Part shown: in pieces, positions 37,048-46,315 of the stretch
Numbering within the stretch: position 1 is the stretch's first letter
Layout of the letters: each line of letters opens with the position of its first letter
Assembly (NCBI GenBank): GCA_964348015.1
Contig: CAYGBC010000050.1
Location: 35,643 to 99,642, forward strand
Length of the DNA: 64,000 nucleotides
Origin: an uncultured Eubacteriales bacterium
Lineage (GTDB): Bacteria > Acidobacteriota > Aminicenantia > Aminicenantales > Aminicenantaceae
Direction: 5' to 3'
Notes under the pieces: model-generated
Databases searched by the model: none
Told to the model about the DNA's origin: nothing
What the model saw: only the letters and a program-made list of their open reading frames with translations
Translations under genes and position numbers: made by a program

Positions 37048-39723
37048 ATGGCTAAAAGTCGCCTCTACAGAATTCTGTCGCGGATTGTCGATATCAAGCC
37101 TGGCGAAGAAATCATTGCCTCCCTCCTTTTCCTGTATTTCTTTTTCATCATGTTCCCTTACTACATCATCAAACCTTACAGGGATGCGAAGTATATCGTC
37201 AGGGAAGGATCAGGAGAACTCCCGATTGCCTATCTGTCGACAGCGGTTGCGGTAGGGATTATTGTGGCTTTTTATTCCCGTCTTCAAGTCAAGATTCCGA
37301 TGCGCGTTTTAGTCATCGGAAGCCTCATATTTTTTATCGTGACCTGCTTCCTTTTTCACCAGATATTTACAGGACCGCGGGAATATTCAAATGTGCCGCT
37401 GATATTTTGGATATGGGCCAATCTTTTCGTCGTGGTTTTGGGAACCCAATTCTGGATAATGGTGAATGATGTCTTCAATCCGAGGGAAGCCAAAAGAATG
37501 ATCGGCTTTTTTGGCGGCGGCGGACTCCTGGGGGGAATTTGCGGAGCCTCTTTAACGGGTGTGCTCGGGAGGAAATACCCTAATGAACTTCTTATCATCG
37601 CATTTGGAATGCTGATACTGTGTGTAGTTGTAGTGAATTTCATATTCATCTGGCAGAAAAAGAAAAGTCCTCCGGCTGATACACAAAGTCATAAGGGCCA
37701 AACGAGTGGAGCAGAGCTTGCAAAGGTGGGTTTTTTGGATAGTTTCAACACGATAAGAAAAAACAAATACTTGCTGCTTCTCGCTATTGTCGTGGTTCTC
37801 ACTTTTATCGCGGCCACATTCATTGATTACCAATCCAAAACCGTGATCGATGTGTATGAGGAGAGGATGGACCGCATGCTCCTCATATTCGGGTTTTTTC
37901 ATGCGGGATTGCTGGTCCTCCCTTTCTTTATTTCCATATTCATGACCAGCGCTATTATCAGGCGATTTGGGATTGGTCTGACACTGCTGCTCTTCCCGCT
38001 GATATTGCTCTTTTGTGCAGGTGGAATCGCAATTTGGCCTATTCTTCCGTTAGCCATCTTCATCAAAACAAGCGATAAAAGCCTTTCCTTTTCTCTTAAC
38101 CAGTTTGTGCGGGAACTTCTCTACATCCCTATCTCGCCCGAGATGAAATACAAAGCCAAAGTATTCATCGATATGTTTCTCAACAGGTTTGCCAAAGGCT
38201 TAGGCGCGACGATACTCATACTCCTGCCTCTTCTCATTCCCGCTTTCAGGGGCGGAGCGGGATCAAATACTTTGATCGACAATGAGGCTTTAGGAAAACC
38301 TGGTGTCGTGGAAAAGACTGAAATGCCAGGAAAATCCGACATATCAGAGCCTGATACGGAGAAAAGATCAGGGGGCCAGCAGGTGGAGGATGAATTGGAA
38401 AAGAGGGATATACGAGAAACAAGAATTCGAATTGTGAGCGTTATTTCCGTCTTTTTTATTTTAGCCTGGATTTTCTTCAATCTCAAAGTCAGCAAAGAAT
38501 ACACCAAGACAGTCAAAAACAAATTAGAAATAAAGTGGGACCGGGCAGACAGGATGGTAGCGGAAAAAGTGGATGTGGATTATACAAAATTGATTTTTGA
38601 TACCCTGGAGAGCAAGAACCGGAGTTCGGTCCTGTATGCGATGCATATCTTTGATTTGATTAGGCAGGACAAGCTCACTCCAGAAGTGAAAAAATTGATT
38701 TCCCAGAAATCAGATGAGGTGAAAGTGTCTGCGCTGGGAGGCCTATTTGAGTCCGGCGAGTTCGGTCTTCTCCCCGAAACGGATGAGATCATCAGCGAAG
38801 ATGTCCTGGAAAAAGAAATTGGAGAGATCATGTCCCTGGATGTCTATCAAGATGTGATGAAAAGCTATGTCGAAAAAGCGCTGAAAGATGAGAGCATCGA
38901 GTCGGAGACAGCCAAAATGGAAGTGGCCAAAGCGATCGGATTGATGGAGTCTGATTCTCCTCTTGCCCAGAAGCTGGAAGACCTCCTCTGGGAGGAGTCT
39001 CCGGAAGTGAGCAAATACGCACTCGAGAGCGCCGCGAAGCTCCGGAGGAAAGAGTATGTTCCCGCGCTGATCCAAAAGCTGACAAGCCCCGTCACCAGGG
39101 AAGATGCAAGCGGTGCACTGAAAAGATATGGAAATACGATAACTGGCACTCTGTCGGATTATCTCAGCGACCGAGAGGAAAATGTGGAATTGAGGAACGC
39201 CGCCGCATCTGTCCTGGCCCGCATCGGAACTCAAGATGCCGGAGATTTTTTAACATGGGAGTTGGTGGAAGGCAAGGGGGAGATCGATACGGAACTCATT
39301 GATGCTCTGGACCGGATCCGTTCGGAAAATCCTGAAGTTCGGTTTGGATTTACTGCGGTAGAGACAAAAATACTCCAGAAAGTAAAGAAATACTGTCAGC
39401 TGTTTGTGAGGCATTTTGGCGCAAAATCCAAAAGGAAAAAAGTGGAGAAGATCATAGAGCTGCCTGAAAATTTAAATGTCCTGCTGATGAATATTTTCAA
39501 ACTGTTGGGACTCATTTACTCTCGAGAAGATATCATGAGGGCCTATCAGAACATACGAGTCGGAACAAAGGATTCAGTGGATTATGCTGTCGAGCTTCTC
39601 GATAACACCATACGAAAAGAGATGAGAGAGCTCATCGTTCCTCTGATGGAAGACCTGCCGCTTGAAGAACGGGTGAAAAGATGCAGAAACTGCCTGAAGT
39701 ACTTTACGAGGTCGAATAAATAA
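37048..39723 (+). CDS. TLC-family transporter domain fused to a C-terminal HEAT-repeat domain (paralog 1)
   Basis: The N-terminal ~470 aa are TLC-like: ILSRIVDIKPGEEIIASLLFLYFFFIMFPYYIIKPYRDAKYI; TQFWIMVNDVFNPREAKRMIGFFG. The C-terminal ~400 aa are soluble with HEAT-like repeats (ESPEVSKYALESAAKLRRKEYVPALIQKL..). Confidence 0.7.
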   Translation: MAKSRLYRILSRIVDIKPGEEIIASLLFLYFFFIMFPYYIIKPYRDAKYIVREGSGELPIAYLSTAVAVGIIVAFYSRLQVKIPMRVLVIGSLIFFIVTCFLFHQIFTGPREYSNVPLIFWIWANLFVVVLGTQFWIMVNDVFNPREAKRMIGFFGGGGLLGGICGASLTGVLGRKYPNELLIIAFGMLILCVVVVNFIFIWQKKKSPPADTQSHKGQTSGAELAKVGFLDSFNTIRKNKYLLLLAIVVVLTFIAATFIDYQSKTVIDVYEERMDRMLLIFGFFHAGLLVLPFFISIFMTSAIIRRFGIGLTLLLFPLILLFCAGGIAIWPILPLAIFIKTSDKSLSFSLNQFVRELLYIPISPEMKYKAKVFIDMFLNRFAKGLGATILILLPLLIPAFRGGAGSNTLIDNEALGKPGVVEKTEMPGKSDISEPDTEKRSGGQQVEDELEKRDIRETRIRIVSVISVFFILAWIFFNLKVSKEYTKTVKNKLEIKWDRADRMVAEKVDVDYTKLIFDTLESKNRSSVLYAMHIFDLIRQDKLTPEVKKLISQKSDEVKVSALGGLFESGEFGLLPETDEIISEDVLEKEIGEIMSLDVYQDVMKSYVEKALKDESIESETAKMEVAKAIGLMESDSPLAQKLEDLLWEESPEVSKYALESAAKLRRKEYVPALIQKLTSPVTREDASGALKRYGNTITGTLSDYLSDREENVELRNAAASVLARIGTQDAGDFLTWELVEGKGEIDTELIDALDRIRSENPEVRFGFTAVETKILQKVKKYCQLFVRHFGAKSKRKKVEKIIELPENLNVLLMNIFKLLGLIYSREDIMRAYQNIRVGTKDSVDYAVELLDNTIRKEMRELIVPLMEDLPLEERVKRCRNCLKYFTRSNK

Positions 39724-39724
39724 A

Positions 39725-42241
39725 ATGGTTAAGAACTCGACTCACAAGATATTATCAAGGGTCATTGATGTCAGACCCGAAGAAGTGTCTTCCTCTATCC
39801 TTCTGTTTCTTTATTTTTTCTTTATCACTTCTTCCGCCGGCATCATCAAACCGGTCAAGCTTTCTCTTTTCTTGGACCAGCTCACCTTTGAAAAACTGCC
39901 TTTTGCCTATCTTTTGACCGCAGTATTCATGGGATTCTTTGTATCTTTGAATACTCGGTTATTGCGCGCCATGAAGAGGCACGTGTACATTTCTCTCAGC
40001 CTGGCTTTTTTTATGGCGAATCTTTTCCTGTTCTGGATACTTTTTAGGATAGAATGGCAGTGGACATCATTAGCGTATTGGCTGTGGTCAGAGATATTCA
40101 TGGTGACCACAGTGACGCAATTCTGGATCCTGGTGAATGACATCTATCATCCCCGCCAGGCCAAACGGCTGGTCGGTTTTTTAGTCAGCGGAGGGCTTTT
40201 AGGAGGAATTTGCGGGTCTCTGCTTTCTTTTCTGCTGATACAATCGCGGGTCATAGGGACCGAAGGATTACTTTTAGTCTGCCCTTTATTGCTGGCTTTG
40301 TGCCTTGTCGTTATTGTCTTTGTGAAGAAGTACCAAATACAAGAAAGCAAAGACGAAAAAAAGAAAGAAGTCGCATTCAAGAAGCCAAAAGTCGGATACA
40401 TCGAGAGTCTGCGCTTACTCAAAAAAAGCCGTCATCTGATTTTTCTGAGCGGGATCATGATCTCGGCAATTGTGGTCACGACACTGATTGATTTTCAATT
40501 CAATTCAATCATAGATCATCGGTTTGTTGATAAAAACGCTCAGACGGCCTTTTTCAGCGCGTTTTTCGCTGCGCTGATGATTTTTTCTTTTTTGCTTCAC
40601 ACTTTCCTGACCAGCCGGATTTTGAGAAAATTTGGGATACAGATCGCTCTGCTGATCGCTCCTTTCCTGTTACTTCTCGGTTCAGGAGCCGTGTTTTTCC
40701 TTATGGGGGCACTTTTTTATTGGGCCGTAGTTCTCAAGTTCACTGACAAAAGTTTTGCGCATTCGCTCAATCAATCTGTCAGAGAACTGCTGTATATCCC
40801 GATTCCTCCTGAAATTAAATACAAGGCCAAGGTGTTCATCGATATGTTCGTCAATAAACTTGCCCGGGGCATCGGTGCCCTTCTCCTTTTGGGGGCTTTT
40901 ACAGTTTTTGGCTTGGGAGGGAAAGAACCTGCGGGCATTGTCGGATATATCAGTGCCATGGTGGTCATTTTCGCTGCCTTGTGGATCGCACTCAACCTGT
41001 TGATCACCAGAGAGTACGTGAATATCGTGAAAAGAAGCCTGAAAATAAAATGGCGGGATGCGGACAAGTTGATCGGAGAAAAGATTGATGTGGATATGAC
41101 AAAGCTGGTTTTTGACACTCTGGAGAGCAAAAACAGGAGTTCGGTCCTCTACGCCATGAATCTTTTTGACCTCGTCAAGAAAGAAAAGATGAGCCCCGAG
41201 TTGAAAAAGATTATCTCTCAAAAATCAGACGAGATAAAAGCGACTTCCATGGATGTGCTTTTTGAAATGGAGGGTGAAGTTTTAGTGCCTGAAATGGAGG
41301 ACACTCTCGATGAGGCGGACCTGAACGCCCAGATTCAGGAGATCATGTCTCTGGACGTTTACCAGGAATTGATGAAGGACAAGATCGATAGGATTGTCAG
41401 TGAAGAGGGAAAAGATGCGGAGATCTCCAGGATGGAGGCCGCCAAAGTCATGGGGATGATGGAAGCCTCTCCTCCCCTGATCCAGAGCCTCAGCAAGTTG
41501 ATCAGGGATGAGTCACCAGAGGTCGTCAGCTATGCGGTGGAGAGTGCGGGGAAATTGAGAAGAAAGGAACTCGTCCCGTTTATCGTCCGCCACCTGAACA
41601 ATCCATTCATTCAGAGAATTGCCCAAAATGCCTTGGTGGGATACGGTGAAAAGATTATCGGAACACTGAGAGATTATCTGGGAGACAACAGAGAAGACCT
41701 GTCATTGAGAAAAGCGATCCCCGATATCATAGCCCGAGTGAGTACTCAGAGAGCAGCCAATATCTTGACTCTGGAACTGAAAAAGAAAAATAAAGATGTC
41801 GAGCCTGAGATTATTGCGGCCATCTACAAGATGAAATCGAAGAATCCAAAACTGGTTTTCGAAGAAATGGTCGTACTGCCGGAAATTATGGAGAAAATCA
41901 AAGAAAGTCATGAGATTCTAATTGAAATAGACGAGTTGGTGAGAGGAAAGAAAATTGAGCCTCTCGCTAAAAATCTTGAGAATGATCTGGACCGCTCGAT
42001 CAGACGGATTTTTGAGCTATTGAGTCTAATATATCCTTATGAAGATATGATCAAAGCTTACCAGAATATTTGTTCCGGAACGAGAAAAGCCATGGATTAT
42101 TCGCTGGAGCTTCTGGATAACACTGTGAAAAGAGAAATCATGGAAGTTCTTCTTCCCCTTATAGAAGATATTCCCCTGGAAGATAAAGCCAGGAAGGGCA
42201 AGAAAGTACTCAAAACTTTAGAAAAGTCTAAATCTTCTTGA
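39725..42241 (+). CDS. TLC-family transporter domain fused to a C-terminal HEAT-repeat domain (paralog 2)
   Basis: It is collinear with the previous gene (TQFWILVNDIYHPRQAKRLVGFLV; DVDMTKLVFDTLESKNRSSVLYAMNLFDL versus DVDYTKLIFDTLESKNRSSVLYAMHIFDL). The ATG lies 1 nt after the upstream stop. Confidence 0.7.
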   Translation: MVKNSTHKILSRVIDVRPEEVSSSILLFLYFFFITSSAGIIKPVKLSLFLDQLTFEKLPFAYLLTAVFMGFFVSLNTRLLRAMKRHVYISLSLAFFMANLFLFWILFRIEWQWTSLAYWLWSEIFMVTTVTQFWILVNDIYHPRQAKRLVGFLVSGGLLGGICGSLLSFLLIQSRVIGTEGLLLVCPLLLALCLVVIVFVKKYQIQESKDEKKKEVAFKKPKVGYIESLRLLKKSRHLIFLSGIMISAIVVTTLIDFQFNSIIDHRFVDKNAQTAFFSAFFAALMIFSFLLHTFLTSRILRKFGIQIALLIAPFLLLLGSGAVFFLMGALFYWAVVLKFTDKSFAHSLNQSVRELLYIPIPPEIKYKAKVFIDMFVNKLARGIGALLLLGAFTVFGLGGKEPAGIVGYISAMVVIFAALWIALNLLITREYVNIVKRSLKIKWRDADKLIGEKIDVDMTKLVFDTLESKNRSSVLYAMNLFDLVKKEKMSPELKKIISQKSDEIKATSMDVLFEMEGEVLVPEMEDTLDEADLNAQIQEIMSLDVYQELMKDKIDRIVSEEGKDAEISRMEAAKVMGMMEASPPLIQSLSKLIRDESPEVVSYAVESAGKLRRKELVPFIVRHLNNPFIQRIAQNALVGYGEKIIGTLRDYLGDNREDLSLRKAIPDIIARVSTQRAANILTLELKKKNKDVEPEIIAAIYKMKSKNPKLVFEEMVVLPEIMEKIKESHEILIEIDELVRGKKIEPLAKNLENDLDRSIRRIFELLSLIYPYEDMIKAYQNICSGTRKAMDYSLELLDNTVKREIMEVLLPLIEDIPLEDKARKGKKVLKTLEKSKSS

Positions 42242-42280
42242 AATCTCACTTTATTGGGCTTATAATAACAACCATTAAAA

Positions 42281-43957
42281 ATGCCAAAGTTATTCGTCTA
42301 CCCAAAAAAAGGAGAGGAACTCGTTATTCCTCTCAAAGATAACAAAATCTCCATAGGCCGGTCTGCTGATAATGACATTCCGATTCTCGATCCATTCTGT
42401 TCAGGGCATCACGCCTTCATTTATCCCAAAGAAGAAGGGTATGCGGTCAGGGATAACGGCAGCAAAAACGGAACTTTCCTGAACGGGAAAAAACTTGTCG
42501 CCGAAACAGAATTGAAAAAGAGCGATGAGGTTCTTATCGGGTCGACGAGGATCATCTTTGACGACAGGCTTTCCACGAACGTGGAAATGATGGAAGCCAC
42601 ATCTCCCACAACAAACATCAACACCATAATCAATGTGGAGGATGTCCTGAAGAAGTCTGATATCGATACGACGTTGAAAGCCACTTTTGCCTCGGTGGAC
42701 ATGGAAAAGGTCAAGACGGAGCACAAAGCCTTCTCGGTGTTGAGTGAAGTGAGTAAAGCCCTTATTCTCCATAAGCCTCTGGGAGAACTCCTGGACAGCA
42801 TCATGGACCTCATCTGCGAAAACCTCCCGATGGACAGAGGAATTTTGATGTTGAAAGAGGGGAATCCTCCGCAGTTTATTCCGAAAGTGGTCCGGATCAA
42901 CAATGAGGGGCTGAAGAATCAGCGGATTCAGGTGAGTCAGAGCATTATCAATATGGCAGTGAATAAAAACTCCTCGGTCCTCACGTCTGACGCCCAGGCT
43001 GACTCGCGCTTCAAGGCTCAAGAGAGCATCATTAAATTCAACATCCATTCCGCCATGTGCGTTCCCCTGTGGAATAACAGAGAGATCATAGGAATCATTT
43101 ATTCTGACCGAATATCTCTGATGGATCAGTTCACGGATGAGGACCTCAAGATGCTGACTCTTCTGTCCAATTTAGCGGCGGTTAAAATAGAAAATGCGAA
43201 GCTGATTGAGCAGGCTATCGAGAAAGAAAAGATGGAGAAGGAGCTGGCTCTGGCTGCGAAAATTCAGGAGGATTTTCTCCCTAAAGAGAGCCCGAAGCTC
43301 AAGAATTATAAGATTGCCGGTTCGAATGTGCCGTGTTATCAGGTCGGAGGGGATTACTATGATTTTATCCCGATTGATGATAAACGCCTGGGCATTGTCA
43401 TTGCTGATGTCTCCGGAAAAGGTGTCAGCGCATCCCTCCTCATGGCTTCCTTGAGAGCGGCTCTTCAGTCCGAGCTTTTTCCCAAATACAAAGTGGATGA
43501 GATGGCGGGCAAACTGAACGATTTTGTCCACCGCAGTTCTTCCCCGAACAGCTTCATCACCTTCTTCTTCTGCGAGCTGGACAAGAAAACCGGCGAATTG
43601 AGATACATCAACGCCGGCCATAATCCTCCGATTGTCCTGGATAAAAAAGGCAAAGTGTATCGCATGGAAAGCTGTGGTTTGTGTTTGGGGATGTTTCCTT
43701 CTGTGGATTATGGAGTGCAGAATGTGACATTGAATCCTGGGGATACGGCTGTGCTGTTTACAGACGGAATCACCGAAAGCCGCAACAAAGACAATAAAGA
43801 GTTCACTGAAGAGAAGTTAATTAAACTGCTCCAAAAAAATGTCAAACTGTCCGCGCAGAAGCTCCTGGATAAAGTCAATGAGGAAGTCGATAAATTCACG
43901 GCTGGAGCTGAACGTATGGATGATATGACGCTCGTCGTCATCCAGCGATGTGAATAG
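42281..43957 (+). CDS. FHA - GAF - PP2C (SpoIIE/RsbU-type) serine phosphatase
   Basis: FHA region: ISIGRSADNDIPI..SGHHAFI..DNGSKNGTFLNG. The central region is GAF-like. The PP2C/SpoIIE region shows GGDYYDF, GIVIADVSGKGVSASLLMA, LFTDGITE, DDMTLVVI. Confidence 0.85.
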   Translation: MPKLFVYPKKGEELVIPLKDNKISIGRSADNDIPILDPFCSGHHAFIYPKEEGYAVRDNGSKNGTFLNGKKLVAETELKKSDEVLIGSTRIIFDDRLSTNVEMMEATSPTTNINTIINVEDVLKKSDIDTTLKATFASVDMEKVKTEHKAFSVLSEVSKALILHKPLGELLDSIMDLICENLPMDRGILMLKEGNPPQFIPKVVRINNEGLKNQRIQVSQSIINMAVNKNSSVLTSDAQADSRFKAQESIIKFNIHSAMCVPLWNNREIIGIIYSDRISLMDQFTDEDLKMLTLLSNLAAVKIENAKLIEQAIEKEKMEKELALAAKIQEDFLPKESPKLKNYKIAGSNVPCYQVGGDYYDFIPIDDKRLGIVIADVSGKGVSASLLMASLRAALQSELFPKYKVDEMAGKLNDFVHRSSSPNSFITFFFCELDKKTGELRYINAGHNPPIVLDKKGKVYRMESCGLCLGMFPSVDYGVQNVTLNPGDTAVLFTDGITESRNKDNKEFTEEKLIKLLQKNVKLSAQKLLDKVNEEVDKFTAGAERMDDMTLVVIQRCE

Positions 43958-44043
43958 TCTTTCTTTTCAAGATTAATCCTATTTCCCCCTACGCTCGCCA
44001 ATTTAATAATCTCATTGCGAATTTAACACTGAAGTTTGATATT

Positions 44044-44172
44044 GTGTCATTGCGAGCTTGCGCGGCAATCTCATAAGATGAAATGTATCCATCATTATGA
44101 ATATAAAGAAGTAGATCTAGAACATAAAACCATTTTTCCCTAAGAGATTGCCGCGCAAGCTCGCAATGACAC
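44044..44172. repeat. Pair of REP-like units in inverted orientation forming a perfect 29-bp stem (71-nt loop)
   Basis: GTGTCATTGCGAGCTTGCGCGGCAATCTC at 44044-44072 is the exact reverse complement of 44144-44172. It sits between two convergent transcription units (PP2C gene and PfkB gene). Confidence 0.85.
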
Positions 44173-44209
44173 CAATATATTCAATATCAATAATAAAAAT
44201 GTATCAATT

Positions 44210-45508
44210 TCAATCCGATTTCCTTGATTCCTTGCTTTTGGGTTGAGTTTTCTTTGTATTCAGGTTTGAGAGCAAGGTTTCTTTATCCGAAAACACCCTC
44301 CCGGAATCTATGACTCTGGCCATGTCTCGATGTTTGGGAATATTCCTGTACTGGTCAGAAGGTGTCCGAGTGACATAGCAGGCGGCCATAAGATGTCCTG
44401 CATGGCATAATCGTTCCAAGTCCTCTTCCGCGATACCACTCGTCCAGAATTTCTCTGCATAGTCCTGGCCTTTTATCCATTCAGCCTCAAAGCCGGCTCT
44501 GAAGGAATCTCCGGCTCCGATGAACCTGTCCGCATCCGCGATAACATATCGCGATTCAACAGGAATCGGTCCCACCTGTTTTCCCTCTGGATGAATGGTC
44601 ATGATGTAAGCCATCGTGCCCGCTGTGATACCGAAGATCCGGGGTGAAAGATCAGCGCAGTAATCTCCGGCTATTTTTTGAATGAACTCACGGTTTCTCT
44701 CTTCCTGGCTCCCTTGATGCGAGAAAAAACCGAAGGTGTGCGCGATCATCATCGCTTCAGCTTCAGAGGCAAAGAACCAGCTCAGATGCGGCAAAACAGG
44801 CTTGAGGAAGTTGTATCCCTCGATGATTTCTCCTCGTTTAATCGAGTCTTGAGGATTTTTGGAAAGCGTATGAGGGTCGACCATCGTGATGTATCCTTTT
44901 TTTTTCAGCTTTTCCATGACTCTTCCCAGTTTTTCCCCGTCTTCACTGTCCATCGTTTCGGCAGCTCCGGAATAGACGTAGTGAATAATGGCCCCGTTGG
45001 GCAGACGGTTTATCATGTCGAAGATCTCTTTTTTCTCAAGATCCAGGTCATCAACCGCATTAGGGGCATGGAGGATGGCCTCTCTTCTGTCTTCTTGAGA
45101 TGGCTTGATGAAGGAGGCTGCAGACGGCAGGGTGGAGTGAGGGATGATCAGGGGAGTCGTTTCTGTTTTTTCCATGATATCCATCATATATCTTCCGTGG
45201 ATATCGTACCTGTCCTTCTCGATTCCCAGAGAAGTCAGGATTCCTGCCTTTGCACCCGAGAGTGAAACCAGTGGAGCAATGTTGAGGGATCCTCCCCCCA
45301 TGGCATAAGAGTTTTTCTTTATTTTGAGCCATTCCGGACGGACAGGAACCATGCGATCTCTGTTCACAACAAGTCCGTCCCCCGCAATATCGTCCAGGAA
45401 ATCGAATTCAGGGTTTGTCATGTCGCAGCAGGTGGTTCCCGCAACCAAGAGAGATAGCTCTGTCAGGTTTTTTTCTGTGAGTTTTTTCTCAGGAGAATCT
45501 TGGAACAT
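44210..45508 (-). CDS. PfkB-family carbohydrate/nucleoside kinase with ~90-aa N-terminal extension
   Basis: It has the C-terminal PfkB signature GAGDSFRAGF and an earlier GG motif region (GGGSLNIA). At 432 aa it is longer than typical ribokinase-family members. Confidence 0.7.
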   Translation of the reverse strand: MFQDSPEKKLTEKNLTELSLLVAGTTCCDMTNPEFDFLDDIAGDGLVVNRDRMVPVRPEWLKIKKNSYAMGGGSLNIAPLVSLSGAKAGILTSLGIEKDRYDIHGRYMMDIMEKTETTPLIIPHSTLPSAASFIKPSQEDRREAILHAPNAVDDLDLEKKEIFDMINRLPNGAIIHYVYSGAAETMDSEDGEKLGRVMEKLKKKGYITMVDPHTLSKNPQDSIKRGEIIEGYNFLKPVLPHLSWFFASEAEAMMIAHTFGFFSHQGSQEERNREFIQKIAGDYCADLSPRIFGITAGTMAYIMTIHPEGKQVGPIPVESRYVIADADRFIGAGDSFRAGFEAEWIKGQDYAEKFWTSGIAEEDLERLCHAGHLMAACYVTRTPSDQYRNIPKHRDMARVIDSGRVFSDKETLLSNLNTKKTQPKSKESRKSD

Positions 45509-45535
45509 TTATCATGTGATGGTCTATAAGAAAAT

Positions 45536-46264
45536 TTACCTGGTTTTCAGGTATTTCTGGACCAGCTCATCGAATTTTGCCGTCCCTGGGAGTTCAGTGC
45601 ACAAGAGATATTTCGGGATTTCATCCTCGATGATTTCCGGGAATCTTCCGAATTCGCTCAAAAAAATATTATCAGTTCTGTCGTCATTGACCGAAGAAAC
45701 TTCTTCGACTAATACCTTGCCCTGACTGGCTTGGCCCCAGAATTCATGATAATGTCCCGGATCGAGCCTCGCTCTTTCCCCTGGAAAGAGTGTGATCGTG
45801 GTCCCTGGCGCAAAGCTTGTCCATATTCCGTTCTGGAGGATCTTGACCGAGGTTTCTTCGTCGACTTTTTTGTCGCCACTGACATTGAACAGCTTTATCT
45901 GGAGATTTCCCCCTCCAATGTTGATAATATCCTCGGTCTTGCTGCGGTGATGATGCATGGGTGTAATCTGTTTCTCTCCGACAATCAAAAGTTTGTTCGA
46001 GTAAGCCTGGTCAACAGGCTGCCCCTCCGGGCCGATAATTCCGTTGGAAAGGGTGTAGCAGAGAAGCCCTATCGACTCGAATTTTCCCGAGCCAAAATCC
46101 GTAAGATCCCATCCGATTCCTCTTTTCTCAAGCTCGTCCGCGCGTTCTCTGTTTTCAGACCAGTCTTCAAGATTCCAGAATGCCTGAGGAGGAAGAGGAA
46201 TTCTCCTGGATTCAAGGAATGCGATTCCCTCGTCCAACTGATGGTTAATTTCTGACCGCTTCAT
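45536..46264 (-). CDS. D-lyxose/D-mannose-type sugar isomerase (cupin)
   Basis: Motifs seen: GWDLTDFGSGKFESIGL, EKQITPMHHHRSKTEDIIN, GHYHEFW. These resemble the lyxose-isomerase cupin family. Confidence 0.65.
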   Translation of the reverse strand: MKRSEINHQLDEGIAFLESRRIPLPPQAFWNLEDWSENRERADELEKRGIGWDLTDFGSGKFESIGLLCYTLSNGIIGPEGQPVDQAYSNKLLIVGEKQITPMHHHRSKTEDIINIGGGNLQIKLFNVSGDKKVDEETSVKILQNGIWTSFAPGTTITLFPGERARLDPGHYHEFWGQASQGKVLVEEVSSVNDDRTDNIFLSEFGRFPEIIEDEIPKYLLCTELPGTAKFDELVQKYLKTR

Positions 46265-46272
46265 TTTTATTC

Positions 46273-46297
46273 AAAAAAAGGGGCCTGGCCCCTTTTT
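46273..46297 (-). terminator. Rho-independent terminator (bidirectional GC hairpin flanked by A7/T5)
   Basis: AAAAAAAGGGGCCTGGCCCCTTTTT. On the minus strand a GGGGCC/GGCCCC stem is followed by 7 U. It lies between the AroM-like stop (46316) and the isomerase start (46264). Confidence 0.75.
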
Positions 46298-46315
46298 AAT
46301 TTTTTTCAATGGCCG

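Noticed and set aside
24363-44172. Whether the 24-44 kb signalling/TLC region is a mobile genomic island
   Set aside because: I saw no integrase, transposase or conjugation genes, no flanking tRNA and no direct repeats. RBS style and codon look are similar to the flanks. I could not compute GC or codon statistics, so horizontal origin is not excluded, but it is unsupported.
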